This document shows positions 12,911-25,059 of a stretch of 64,000 nucleotides of DNA, one piece after another. Source of the stretch: Camelus ferus (lineage: Eukaryota); NCBI RefSeq assembly GCF_009834535.1, contig NC_045696.1, positions 27,406,001 to 27,470,000 of the forward strand. The letters are read 5' to 3'. The position numbers were made by a program, and so were the translations under genes. The notes beneath the pieces were generated by a model. It worked only from the letters and a program-made list of their open reading frames with translations. It did not search any database and was not told the DNA's origin. How positions within the stretch are numbered: the first letter of the stretch is position 1; every line of letters starts with the position of its first letter.

Positions 12911-13494
12911 TTGAAAAGTGCATTAATAAAAACAGTCCTTAAATAGAACAGGGGAATCGATTCACCAAATCTAGGCTCCAGGCTGAAAAATGAAATGATT
13001 TTTAAAACAAGCAAGTGAAGGGGAAATCCTCTTAGATTCTTAGAGATAACCACTCCAGAGATATTATCTTGACTAAAAGACATCACGCAAAGGGTGGAAT
13101 ATAACTTCTTAAGAAACCAAGTTTACCTTGGACAGGTACTTCTAAAAGAGTTTCTAATTGCTATAATGGAAAATGGGAATTTGGCAAATGTGTATCTTCC
13201 ATAATAAGTGCCAGAAATATCTCAGTCCACAGTTTGTTTCCTTTTAATCGCTGTACTCAAAACACATGTGTAAAGCTGGTAGATCTTAGAGATTAGCTGT
13301 GCCACCATGTGGAGCACCTGAAGCTGTACCTCAAAACAACTGTCTCAGGAGGGCAAATGTGCTTCCGTGAATCTGTCAGGGAAGCTGTGGCAAAATACCT
13401 GGACAGGGCATGCTTCCAAAATAATTATAAGTATCAGAAAAATGTTAAGACTCCGCTTCTCTTATTAACAACACTTTCCTTCCAAGTACTTCAA

Positions 13495-13690
13495 AGTTCT
13501 TAACAGTCATTATCTCATTAACCTTAACAACCCAGGCAGGCAGGTAAGAGAGTGGTATTACACCTATTATTACGCCTGTTTTAGAGATAAGAGCCCTGGC
13601 TTGGTAAGGGCACATCACTTCTTCAAGGCCACACACCAAGTTAAAGATGAAATAGAACTAGATCAGCTCATTTCAGTCTCAAAATTCTTC
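13495..13690 (-). mobile_element. MIR SINE
   Basis: cattatctcattaaccttaacaacc...attattacgcctgttttagagataag...caaggccacacacc. Confidence 0.7.
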
Positions 13691-14209
13691 ACTGTTCGTT
13701 TGCAGTGATTTCTGCTTTCAGGTGAAAGAAAAGATAATTTATATATATTTGTGTGTGTGTGTATAAGTGTAATGCTTTTAATGATCTTTTCTTTCATCTG
13801 AAAGCAGAAATACATATATATTTGTGTGTGTGTGTGTAACAACAGTGTGTCTGGAAAAGGGAAACCTGCCAAACGATTATAAGAATTATCAGACAACTAA
13901 GTAGCCTTCTGAAATTTTTTTTCCATTTATTCTTGTTACATTTTTCCCCATAAAACCAAACTGTACATTTTGAATGCTAAAGAACCTTGTTATTTTTCTG
14001 CAAATGAACTACGGCATTGGCATCATGGATGCTGCAAGAAATATTCAATGATTTTATGTTTTCTCAAAAATCAAAGAAATGTATTAGTTTAAACTGGCCT
14101 GTTAGCTGTTTTAAAGAAAAGGGGAAGTTTGTTAACTTTACTTCTTCATTCCACCTATAAAAGTAGAAATATTTGAAGAGTTATATCACAACTTCAGTAG
14201 GAAATATTT

Positions 14210-14675
14210 CCATTCAATCCATCATTCATTCAAATAAATTTGTTCTAGGTCCTGAGGATAAAACAGTAAACAAAGGACATGGAGTCCTTGCCCCTCATGG
14301 TGCTAAGTGTTAAGCAGAAAATCTAAAGCAGCCATGAAAGGGTAAGAGTGTACAGGGTGAGGGTGTAGGTTGCTCTGTCACACAGGAAATCAGAGGAATC
14401 TTGTTTTCATGACTTTTGTGCAGCACAGATTTAAAAGAAGTAAGGGTGCGAACCCAGTGCGCATCTGGGGAACCACCCGGGCAGAAGGTGTCCTGCTAGC
14501 CTGGAGAGAAGTGAGCCTAGTGGGGAAATCAGGATCAGAGAGAGGCAGCAGGGGTGAGAGCAGAGATCGTGTCAGGTCCACAGTCATGTGAAGCCTTGAC
14601 TCTGATACAAGGTGAGATTTTGCAAGAGTTTAGAGCAGAACATGGAGTGACTTACAGTTTTAAAGTATCACTCTA
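14210..14675 (-). mobile_element. L2 fragment (left part, interrupted by L1)
   Basis: cattcattcaaataaat...aacagtaaacaaaggacatggagtccttgcccctcatgg is the reverse L2 3' end. Confidence 0.75.
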
Positions 14676-15101
14676 GAAAAATACCATATGATATCCTTTA
14701 TATGTGGAATCTAAAAAAAGACACAAATGAACTTATTTACAAAACAGAAACAGACTCAGAGACATAGAAAACAAACCTATGGTTACCACAGGGAAATGGG
14801 GAGTTGGGAGATAAATTGGGAGTTTGGGATTTGCAGGTACTAACTATTATACATAAAATACATAAACAACAAGGTCCTACTGTATCACACAGGGAACTAT
14901 ATTAAATATTTTATAATAGCCTATAATGAAAAAGAATATGAAAAGGAATATATATATGAAAAGGAATATATAGACGTATATAAATGTATGACTGAATCAC
15001 TATGCCGTACACCAGAAATTAACACAACATTGCAAACCAACTATATTTCAATTAAAAAAAAAAGACAGACAGTGAGCATTAAAAAAAAAATTAAAAAACA
15101 A
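14676..15101 (+). mobile_element. 5'-truncated artiodactyl-type L1 3' end with poly(A)
   Basis: aaataccatatgatatcctttatatgtggaatctaaaaaaagacacaaatgaacttatttacaaaacagaaacagactc...aacacaacattgcaaaccaactatatttcaattaaaa. Degenerate TSD aaagtatcactcta (14662-14675) / aaaggtccactcta (15102-15115). Confidence 0.9.
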
Positions 15102-15115
15102 AAAGGTCCACTCTA

Positions 15116-15500
15116 TCTGCTTTGAGAAGAGAGGGGTGTGGGGATTGGGCAGGGATGGAAGCAGGAGGCCACTTAGGTGGTGATGCAGTAATTCAGATAA
15201 AGAAGCTGGTGCCTCGGTCTGCCACACCATTGGTGATGGAAGAACAGCATAAGAGCCTGGATGCATGCTGAAGGAGGAGATGACAGGATTTGCTGATGGA
15301 TTCGATGAGGCACGTGAAAGGAAGACAGGAGTCAAGGATGATTTTATGGCATTTAAACTGAGCAACTAGAAGATGAAATTTCCATTTACTGAGCTGGGAG
15401 TCTGAAAGTGGAGCAGTCTTCAGAGATTTGTTTTGGACACAGTGAGCTCGAGGTGTCTTCTAGATCTTGCACAGAGATGTTGAGTCGGCCGTTCAGTGAA
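15116..15500 (-). mobile_element. L2 fragment (continuation)
   Basis: gacaggatttgctgatggattcgatg...ggagtcaaggatgatttt...ctgagcaactagaagatg. Confidence 0.75.
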
Positions 15501-15509
15501 GCAATGCTT

Positions 15510-15775
15510 TACAAAGACAGAGGCTTAAGGGATCTTAACCAACTCCCTTCAGTCACTTGTAGGGAAGCATAGGAAGTGTTCTCAAAAACACATGTTTATT
15601 AGAAGCTTTGGCAGGAACCAAGGTCTCCTGAACCCCAGTTTATCTCTTCATTATATCATGTTATAACTGTATGTCTCACTTTCCTCATTATAAGGCATTG
15701 TGAAGATTAAATATACTCCATGCAAATACTCAGCACAGCTTCTGGCATACAGAGAGCATTCAATAATTGTTGATT
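15510..15775. mobile_element. Two MIR fragments in opposite orientation
   Basis: tttacaaagacagaggcttaaggg (reverse MIR) and tttcctcattataag...tgtgaagattaaat...cagcacagcttctggcatacagagagcattcaataa (forward MIR tail). Confidence 0.6.
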
Positions 15776-16849
15776 TGTTTTTTTTTTTTTTTACTATATG
15801 TTTATCTGTAAAATATGGCTAATAATTCTTACAGATAAGGTATGAATTTATTTGGAAAGGGCAACTGAAAGCACTTGAGAATATGAAAGTCAGTTTTATA
15901 AAATGTATGTTAGCATAATAAACCATTACTAATTGATCCTCAACAATGTAAGATATGAAAAATACAAAAAAGTTAATACAGTTATTAAAAATAAAGCAAT
16001 AAAAAGCATAGATAACTTTTTGAAAAAAGTACGGCAGTCTTTGCTGTTGAGATTTTCATTTTTTTCAGATTAATTCACTTCATTTAATCCAGAATCATTT
16101 ATAGACTGTCAAGCAACACCATTGATTTTCTTATTTTAAAAATATTGAAGATTTAGTGATTTTTCTAAATATAATATACTATAACATTATTGGGAAGCAC
16201 TTATGGGGTGCTCATGCTAGTTATCAAGAAGGTTATAAATAATAATCTCTCCATATATTATAAATTTAAGCAATGCATTAAACCAATGTGTGTAGCTTCC
16301 CAGAAATTTAAACCATGTTTTAATTTAGAATCAGTTCCTAGGAAATGAAACATAACTTCTAATATGCATTCATTTTTAATGGTTTCTATCAATCCCTAAA
16401 GCCACTTAAAGATCTCATTAATATTATAGGATATTTATAATTAAGCAAAGCAATTTAGTACATGTTAAGCAGAAGTGCAAAGATGATTTGTGGGAAGGAG
16501 TACTTTAAACCTCTGAAAAATATTTGACTCCAATTAAGCAAGAATCTTTATCATTATAACAGATTTCTCTTTTCTGTATGCTAATGTCAATTCTACTTCC
16601 TGTAATATGTTATAACAACTCATATTAAATAATACTTCCAGTGACAAAACCTTTTAACAGGAGACTAGCAATTCAAACAAAATTAAGAAGTCACAAAACA
16701 AAAATTAGAAAAACAATGTGGTTGGCATTATGATTTAATTCCACCTTATCATAATTTTTCATTAAAAACACTTAATGCTTGCCCACTGTTCCATTCTTTG
16801 TCATCACTATTTGATGCCCTGTTATTTTAGCAATGAGACAGAAGGTGTC

Positions 16850-17370
16850 TATAAATAAGACAAGGGTGTTAGGTAGGGATCAAATCATAAAAGACATTGG
16901 TTAACAGGCTAAGGGATTTGGATTTTACCATGAAGACAATGAGGGCCCTTTGAGAGATTTTTAGGAAGTAAATGATGAGATTAGATTTGCATATCAAATA
17001 GATTTTTACAATGGCAATGAGGAAACAGTTTCAAGGGGATGGAGACTATATGTAGAGGCACTAGTTAAGAAATGTCAAGTGGTGGTGATGGATTTTGAGG
17101 TATTTGGTCAACAGATTCCACTCATGGTGGCCACTAACTGAATGGGAACAGGGATAGCTAATAGATAGAAAAGAAGAAGGTGACATTAAAAATAGCCTGG
17201 GCCAATTACATTCATTGAAACAAGAAAAAAAGAAGAAACAAACTTGAAGAGAAAATAGATTCAATTTTAGACTTTTTTTAGGTGACTGTAGGAGGTTCAA
17301 GCAAAGATGATAGTAAGCATTTGGTACTGATGAGTCTGCGGTTTAGAAGAGAGTTCTGGGAGTCATCAGT
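16850..17370 (-). mobile_element. L2 fragment
   Basis: caggctaagggatttggattttaccatgaagacaatgagggccctttgagagatttttagg...gattagatttgcat. Confidence 0.65.
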
Positions 17371-17612
17371 TACATGAGTAACTGGAAGAGCAGGAAAGGG
17401 GAGGGAAGGAGGGTGGAGGGAAGAAAAGGAGCAGAGGTGACAGGGCAGGAGAGAAGAGGAGGTAAGGTAAGCAACAGTTGAACACAAAGGAGACAAGGAA
17501 AGTAGGGAACATCACATACACACACACTACACATAGTGTGTATATATATATATATAGTGTACACGTGTATGTGCATATAACGCATTTTATATTAATATAA
17601 ATGTGATATATA

Positions 17613-18648
17613 CAGTTGACTCTTGAACAACATGCATTTGAACTGTGTAGGTCTACTTATACACAGATTTTTTTCAATAAATACATTGAAAAAAATTTTG
17701 GAACTTTGTGACAATTTGAAAAAACTCCCAGACATGTTGAAGAATTTTTTGGAGATTTGTAACAATTTGAAAAAACTTGCAGACAAATCACAAAGCCTAG
17801 AAATACTAAAAAAATTAAGAAAAAGTCAAGTGTGTCATAAATGTATAAAATATATGTAGATTATAGTCTATCTACATAGGTATAAGGTGATATTTAATAT
17901 AAAATTAATATTGTGCTAATTTTTTCACTGTTTTATATCTGCTTTCAAAGAATTACATTGCTATATAGTATGCCTCTCTCATAATTGGGCAAACAGTGCA
18001 GCCTATCATCACAGGTTAAGTGACTTTAAAAATGCAAGTGTTTCCAATACTGTATTATGAGCATGACTGTAATACTGTATGCTTTTATATAATATAATAA
18101 AAATTTTATAACTATTCATTCGTGTATAGGGTAAGCTATCATGAAGCAAAAATACCGATTATACTAGGCTACTGTAAAGCAATCATATCGCTGCTTCTTC
18201 ATTACCAATGCACAATTGTTATACCTGTAAATAAATATGAATTTCTTTTTCACATTATCTTTTCATTTTTGAAGTGTACTGCCATTAACACATGTAATAT
18301 CTACAGTGTTTTGCATCATACAAGACAATACTGATACAGGAAACGACAGGGAGACAATTCATCTTGTAACATAAACTTACTGTACTGATACAGTACATAC
18401 TGTAAATGTATTTTCTTTTCCTTGTGATTTTTAATAACATTTTCTTTTCTCTAGTTTACTTTATTGTAAGAATACAGTGTATGATACACATACCAAATAT
18501 GTGTTAATGGACTCTTTTTATCAGTAAAGCCTCTGGGCAACAGTAGGCTATGAGCAGTTAAGTTTTGGGGGACTGAAAAGTTATACATGGATTTCTGACT
18601 ATGTGGGGGATCAGCACACCAACTCTCATGTTGTTCAAGGGTCAACTG
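17613..18648 (+). mobile_element. Tigger2-family (TcMar-Tigger) non-autonomous DNA transposon with both termini
   Basis: Terminal inverted repeats cagttgactcttgaacaacatg / catgttgttcaagggtcaactg, flanked by TA on both sides (17611-12, 18649-50). Confidence 0.92.
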
Positions 18649-18664
18649 TATAATATAAGATTCC

Positions 18665-19103
18665 TGTGACAGTTAATTTTATGTGTCAACTTGGCTAAGC
18701 AATGGTACCCAGTTATTTGGTCAAGAGCAGTCTAGATGTTGCTGTAAAGGTATTTTTTAGACACAATATTTAAATCAGTAGACTTTAAGTAAAGCAGAAC
18801 ACCCTTCATAATGTGGGTGGGCCTTATCCAATCACTTAGAGGCCTGCAGAGCAAAGGCTGAGATCCCTTTTCTCTTCCCTCCCCCCACCCAACACACAAA
18901 GGAATTGAGCCTCCAGACTCAAGCTTGAAACATTAAGTCTTGGGTCTCCAGCCCTGCAGACTTTTCACACTTCCCAGCCCCCTCAATCGTGTAAGCCAAT
19001 TCCTTAAAATAAAACATTCTTTCTAATAATCTGTTGTTTATATATCTCTCCTATATATAGATGTTCTATTATTTCTGTTTCTCTAAGAAGTCTCACTAAT
19101 GTA
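18665..19103 (+). mobile_element. MLT2 (ERVL) solo LTR
   Basis: tgtgacagttaattttatgtgtcaacttggctaag...aatgtgggtgggccttatccaatca...tctgtttctctaagaagtctcactaatgta. Confidence 0.88.
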
Positions 19104-19129
19104 ATCACTTCAGAGGCAAGTATATTTTT

Positions 19130-19290
19130 GTTAAAAAAGAAACATGCCAAAATACAGAGTGGCTTCCTCTGTGTGGCAGGATTATGGTGGAATTCCCCTT
19201 CCTTCTTTATCCATTTATGTGGTCCATGATTCTTCCTGGAAGAGCACATACTAGTTTTACTTTTATAATCCAAAACAAGCAATGAACTCT
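19130..19290 (+). mobile_element. L1ME-like 3' tail fragment
   Basis: aaacatgccaaaatacagagtggcttcctctgtgtggcaggattatgg...ttttataatc. Confidence 0.5.
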
Positions 19291-21954
19291 TTTAACTAAA
19301 AATAAGATTTAAAAATTTACATTACAACTTCCAAATAAGTCTTTTATGGCAACTAATAAAAGTTTTTTAAAATTGTATACATGTTGGAAATTGTATACAA
19401 TTTTAATATAAAGCCTTATCTAATAAAAATGCAGTGAAGATTATAGATTCCTTTCATATATTTCAACTAATTTTTATAGTTTGCCAAAATTTTAAAAGGC
19501 CTTGGTCAAATGGATGAGAAGTTTCCCAGGGCACCAAACTTTGCTAATACTCTGAAAGAATGGTATAACATATCTAAAAAAGAAGGTTATAACTTGAAAG
19601 GATGGGAGCTGACCAACAAAATAATAGACAAAAAGAGGATCGTAAAACAGGATTTTGTCTGGGATTAATCATCCAACCACTGTCCACTGAGAAGCATGCC
19701 AATATATAAACATGGGATGTACCTGGTCTTGGGAGCACACAGAGTGCCTCTTTTGAAGATGATATTATTAGGTTCTCTAAGCCTAATGTCATGAAACATT
19801 TGAAGCATAATTTGATCACTTATTCTGATTTCATGCTCACCCCAGCAGCATCCCAAAGAGAGCATGTCTTTGTATTATGGCCATAGAGAAAAAAAGTTAA
19901 GTGTTTGGAGAACCCAAACACAGGCCCAGTCAGCATTCTGACTTATGTACTAGTAAGTCTCTCTGAGCTTGATTAACGGGCGTCCACTCTGAGAAACAGA
20001 CCTACTCTCGGAGTGCTAAAAAGCAGATTTCCAAACAAGCAAAATCTGGCAGGAAATGGGTAACTGTAAGTTCAGCAAGGTGAATTCCCCTATGTCACCC
20101 TGTGAGAACTACCTAGGTTGACAATTTGCCTTAAACAACTGGCACACCTCTGCACTGCCAGGACATGTGGGTTTTTCAATAATATTTTATACCATAATTA
20201 TTCAAATTATATGGTCCTTGAAAGTTACAGTGGCTCAGATAATATCACATATTATTATATGTCTTGAAACTTCTCTGCTCAGGATTCATGCAGTATTGTT
20301 ACTACTATAACAAGCATTACGTTAAGCTTAACTTTTAAAACTAGGTCCCAGACAAGAGTACAATAAGGAAGAAAAGTCTACTTTAAATATCATTAAAAAG
20401 AAAAAATAAGATTTTTATTTGAACAAACATCCTAATATGAATGAGGATTTACTGCAAAAGGAACTCAAAATGATGAAAATGTAGTACAATCTTTTTTTTT
20501 CTTCTTCTTTTCAAACACTAAGGGAAATGAAACTGGGAAACTTCACCCAGAACAAAAATTACTTTTACATGTTGTTTTTATTATTCCAAGAGGGAAAAAC
20601 ATTTAAAAGTTAAAGTATAGTTAGTTCCAAGGGAATATTCAGAAATGAAGCCCTACCAGAACTTCCTACTTTTTTAAGCTTCATGGGTAACAAATTACAT
20701 TCTAAAAGGAAGATCTATTTTCTAAGTAATCTACATAATGGCCATAATTCCTTTACAGTTTTAAACATCAGAAATGGGTTTTGAACAGGAAATCTGGATT
20801 GCTGTTTCCAGGACTTACTGTAAAATTTTTATAGGAAACACAAAAACTTCAGCTAACTTGAGAAGTATATTGAACCTATAGTAAATATCATACCCTAGCA
20901 AAAAAAAAAAAAAAAAAAGTATTAAAAAATTCAGGGGAAAAGGCCAAGAACAAGCACATAAACAAAGTGAATAAACATGTCACCAGAAGAATATAAAAGC
21001 TATCTAAAGCTGAGTAATTCTCCTATGCTTATTACAAGGATGTCATCTTGGGAGATAAAATACTGTATCATAAATTTAAAGGTCACTGGATTTTTCAAGG
21101 TAACCCAAACACTGTAAAGACATACAATTAATTCTCCCAACAGCTAGTGTAGAACCAATAATTGCAAAAGCCCCAGCTATGTCTCATAAAGTCTACCTCC
21201 TTCTGTGTGACCTGACCTTTAGGTACAGTTCAACTTAATAAAAATATACAATATTATCCAATCTCCCTTGGTATAGTTTATGTTTAGAGTATACTGAAAG
21301 AAAAAATATTTCTATTTAAAAATTATATTTCATACAATTGAATGAATTATCTACATTTGACCAAAATATATTTCACATTCTGGATAGTCAGTGCAATCTG
21401 TAAAAGATAACAGGCATTTGAAAATTATCACCACTGTTTTCTATAATCCTAAAGGGCCAGTCCTAAATTCAACCTCTAATTCTTTAAAAATTCCATTCCA
21501 AATTATGCTTTTGACTTTTTGAACAATGTTTACAGCATTAACAAGTGAATTTTTTAAACAATTGTATTCATAGTTACATCCATTGGGGAAAAAAAAAACT
21601 TCCAATCAGAGCTCAGGTGATAAATATTATTTATGACATTTATTCACATAATATTCCTCCTCCTGAAAGCTGTTTTTTAAGGTTTCAAATAGGTGGTATA
21701 ATCATTAGGCAATAAACTGAGAAACAAATGAATGTGACAAGTACTGAGAAAGTGTACATAAAAAAGATTGTAGCCTCATAGACAAGTTTCATTTTTTCAA
21801 CTATTGGACATGTGTATATGATAAAAGGAAATGTGTTTTTGCAATTTTAGTAGGTTAATTGACAGACTTAAAAAACTTGAAATTTTGAAAATTTAACTTT
21901 TGTATGCTTTAGGCAATTAACCATAAAGGGTTACCTTAAGAGTTAGGCATCAAG

Positions 21955-22330
21955 TGAGTCCCAATTGTGAGCCAGGTGTTTTGAAGTGGGCTCTATTCTT
22001 ACAACATCCCAAAGAAATCAGCTCTAGATATTCCTCTCTTTAGATATGAGAAAACAGACTTGAAGCGGTTAAGGCAGTGGTTCTCAAAGTGCTGTCTCTG
22101 GACCAGCTGCATCAGGATCAAATGGGGACATTTTAGAAATTCAAACTCCCAGACCCAATTCCAGACCTGCTGAATCACTCTGGAGGTATGGTTAGCAATC
22201 TGGTTTCATCTAGCCCTTCAGGCAATGCTGATATACACTAAAATTTACAACAACCAAGGGCTTGAGGTATTTTGCCTAATGTTACACATCTACTAATTGG
22301 TGAAGCTGGAGGGGCCTCTCTCTTTTAAGT
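21955..22330 (-). mobile_element. MIR SINE interrupted by MER5A
   Basis: tttagatatgagaaaacagacttgaagcggttaagg [insert] tattttgcctaatgttacacatctactaattggtgaagctgg. Confidence 0.65.
22075..22259. mobile_element. MER5A (hAT-Charlie MITE)
   Basis: cagtggttctcaaagtg...ggaccagctgcatcag...ccagacctgctgaatca...gcccttcaggcaatgctgat. Degenerate 8-bp TSD ggttaagg/gcttgagg. Confidence 0.82.
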
Positions 22331-23169
22331 TTCAAGACTTAAATCAGTACCTTACATATGGCCTTCAGTTGAAGGAGACCCTTTTTGTTTCAAATCCGTA
22401 TTTCTTTCTAAACTGGATTACCTTTGATAAGAGATTATCCTGAACAAATATGATGTTACAGAACCTTACAATGCCTCAAGGTCAGCATTCTGACAAATGT
22501 TCAACTGTCATGTAAAACACAGGAAACATCCCTGATATACTGTCAAAATTTTAGATGGAAATATCTGATGCCTCCAGCTCCCAGCTGTTGATCTGGCCAG
22601 ATCAGCTCTCCATCCCATCTTTCTCAGCCTCCAAATAGGCCTTCTTCATTAAACAGGGAGGGGAAGCATTTTCGGACTGGTGCTCTGATAAGGAGAGGGT
22701 TATTGAAGTTGGGAAGCCAGAAGACCTGGAGATATTCATTCTCTTAGAGGACACACCAGAGAAAATCAGGAACAAATAGGCCCAACACCTCAAAATAGCT
22801 CTTTCATTCACCTCTTCAGTCATCCCAGACCCCTCCTTCACCAGGACTGAAAGCAGACTTTTGACGTTCTATGCTGTCATGTATGCTGTGGTCACAGACC
22901 AGCTCTGACAATGTGATCAACTGATGCTCACCAGAATCTCAGCCTCTGCAGATCCTTAGAAAGTGGGAACTTGGAATCAGCATGGAAAGTGTCCAAAGCA
23001 CTCTGCTTAAAGGAATACCTATGAATGGCCAAGCCTAGAAGTCAGGTTTTCTACAACTTAAGTAAGTATGAAGACAGTGCCAAAGACTGACCATAATTAC
23101 CTCAGGACATATCTGGGAACTGCTAATAAATATCCCCAACTTTTCCTTTTTCCTCAACTTGTATAAGCC

Positions 23170-24100
23170 ACTCATTCATTCAACAGCTATTTGTGCCATG
23201 CAGGGTTCTAGGTAGATCGTATAGAGGCAGGAAGACCAGAGACAGACCTCTGAAGTAGTGCAGGAGAAAGGAACTCATGTGAGGTGGTCCTGGTAGAGTT
23301 GGAGAGAAGTATTATAGATGGAGTTCAGTAGAGTCTTGCTGATGGCTTTACATTCAAGGACAAGGAGTCTGAAGTGTAAGTTTCAAAGAAAGTGTAATTT
23401 TGGAGGTGATAAGATCTAGGACAGGACCAAGGAAATGTAGAGGAAAAGACTACTGTACGTAAGGTGGTCAGGGAGTTGAAAAGCCAAAGTGTCAAACAGA
23501 TCATCTGATGTTTAAATCTCTGAGACAGTGACAGATGTTGAAATTAAAAGAAAATCAATAAATAAGGTGTCAAAGTTATTACTGCATGAGGGAGAGGAAC
23601 TGGTGGGTGTAAGTATAGTCTGCCCTCCATATCTGTTGGTTTCTAATTCATAAATTCAACCAACCATGGGTCAAAGATAATTCAGAAAAAAAATTCCAAA
23701 AAGCAAAATTTGAATTCACTACACACTGGCAACAATTTATATAGCATTTATATTGTATTTACAACTACTTACATAGCACTGACATTGTATTAGGTATTGT
23801 AAGTAATCTAGAGATGCTTTAAAGTCTGTGGGAGGATATGTCTATATGTTATATGCAAATACTACACCATTTTATATGAGGGACTTGAGCATCTGCAGTT
23901 TTGGTTATGGGGGGTTGTCCTGGAATTGATCCCTCTAGGATACTGAGAGACAACGGCATATGATAGCAATGAGGAAGAATACTGGGAGGTAAAGTCTGCT
24001 TAAATGAACTTGGAAGGAACAGAGGTTTTTGGAGGAGAGAAGAGAAATCATACTTTTTGTTACCTCATGAGGTGTTTTGAGTGGAAAATAATGCAGAGAA
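23170..24100 (-). mobile_element. Degraded L2 fragments hosting MER2
   Basis: ctcattcattcaacagctatttgtgccatgcaggg...; purine-rich L2-like text on both sides of the MER2 insert. Confidence 0.55.
23616..23956. mobile_element. MER2-family (TcMar-Tigger) MITE
   Basis: tagtctgccctccatatctg...attcaaccaacc...gtattaggtattgtaagtaatctagagatg...agggacttgagcatctgcagttttgg...gatactgagagacaac. Confidence 0.85.
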
Positions 24101-24575
24101 TCGCTGCTTCAAGAACATAATGATGTCTCTAGTTATTCTGGTCTAACTGTGGTTAAAGACTTTCTCCTTGATTCACAGGAAACCATGATGGATTTTTCCC
24201 CATGGATCTTTACCAGGAAACTAAGGGAGATGAATAAAGCAAAATAATAATAGTAATAAAAGCACAAAAATAATAAGCTTAAAGAAGAAAGATTCCTTAA
24301 CCCAAGTAACTAGCCTAACCACAGATTGAACTGGCTGGAACCAGGACCAAGCAGTCAGCCTTGATTCATTTTCCTTGCCCAGAGCCCATGAGGCTTGCAT
24401 GCCAAGTGGAGTGATTTCAGCTCAACTCAGCCAGAGATCAATTTTCAGTCCCTGCCAGGCCCTCAGTGTATTCTCTTTGGTTGTCCTCTACTGCTTGAAG
24501 CTTCCCACTTTAGCAAATGGTACCTCTTCCTGGAGGAGACGCTTTCTCACTTGCTCCAAATTCCTCCCTTAGCTT

Positions 24576-24830
24576 CTTTTTTTTTTTTTAATTTCAGTTT
24601 CAGTGAAATGTAACAAATAATATTGTAAGATATTTACAGTGTACATGGTGGTAATTTGATATAGATATGCATTGTGAAAGGGTTCCCCCATTAGTTAAAC
24701 ATCACATCACACATTTACCTTTGTGTGTGTGTGGGAACATTTAAGTTCTACTCTCTTAACAAATTTCAATTATACAATACAGTGTTATCACCTATGGTCA
24801 CCTTGTTTTACATTAGATCCTCAGAGCTTT
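24576..24830 (-). mobile_element. L1 (L1MA9-like) 3' end
   Basis: Poly(T) head, then catttaagttctactctcttaacaaatttcaattatacaatacagtgttatcacctatggtcacc...tacattagatcctcagagctt. Confidence 0.85.
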
Positions 24831-25059
24831 CATCGGGAGAAATGAAGAGACTGGGAAAAGAGCACAAATTTCTCTGTCTAGTTTGGAAGCCATCCGTGCT
24901 GGAAGTCTTCTCCCAAGCATCCTGGGTGGCTGCATCTGAACTGCCTTGACCGATTAAATTCTTGCTACCTCCCCTCAGAGGTGGATTATCCTTAGTCTCA
25001 CTAAAAAAATTTGTGGGGTTCTTTTTCACTTTTTTTCACCAAATGACCTTACTTATCCT

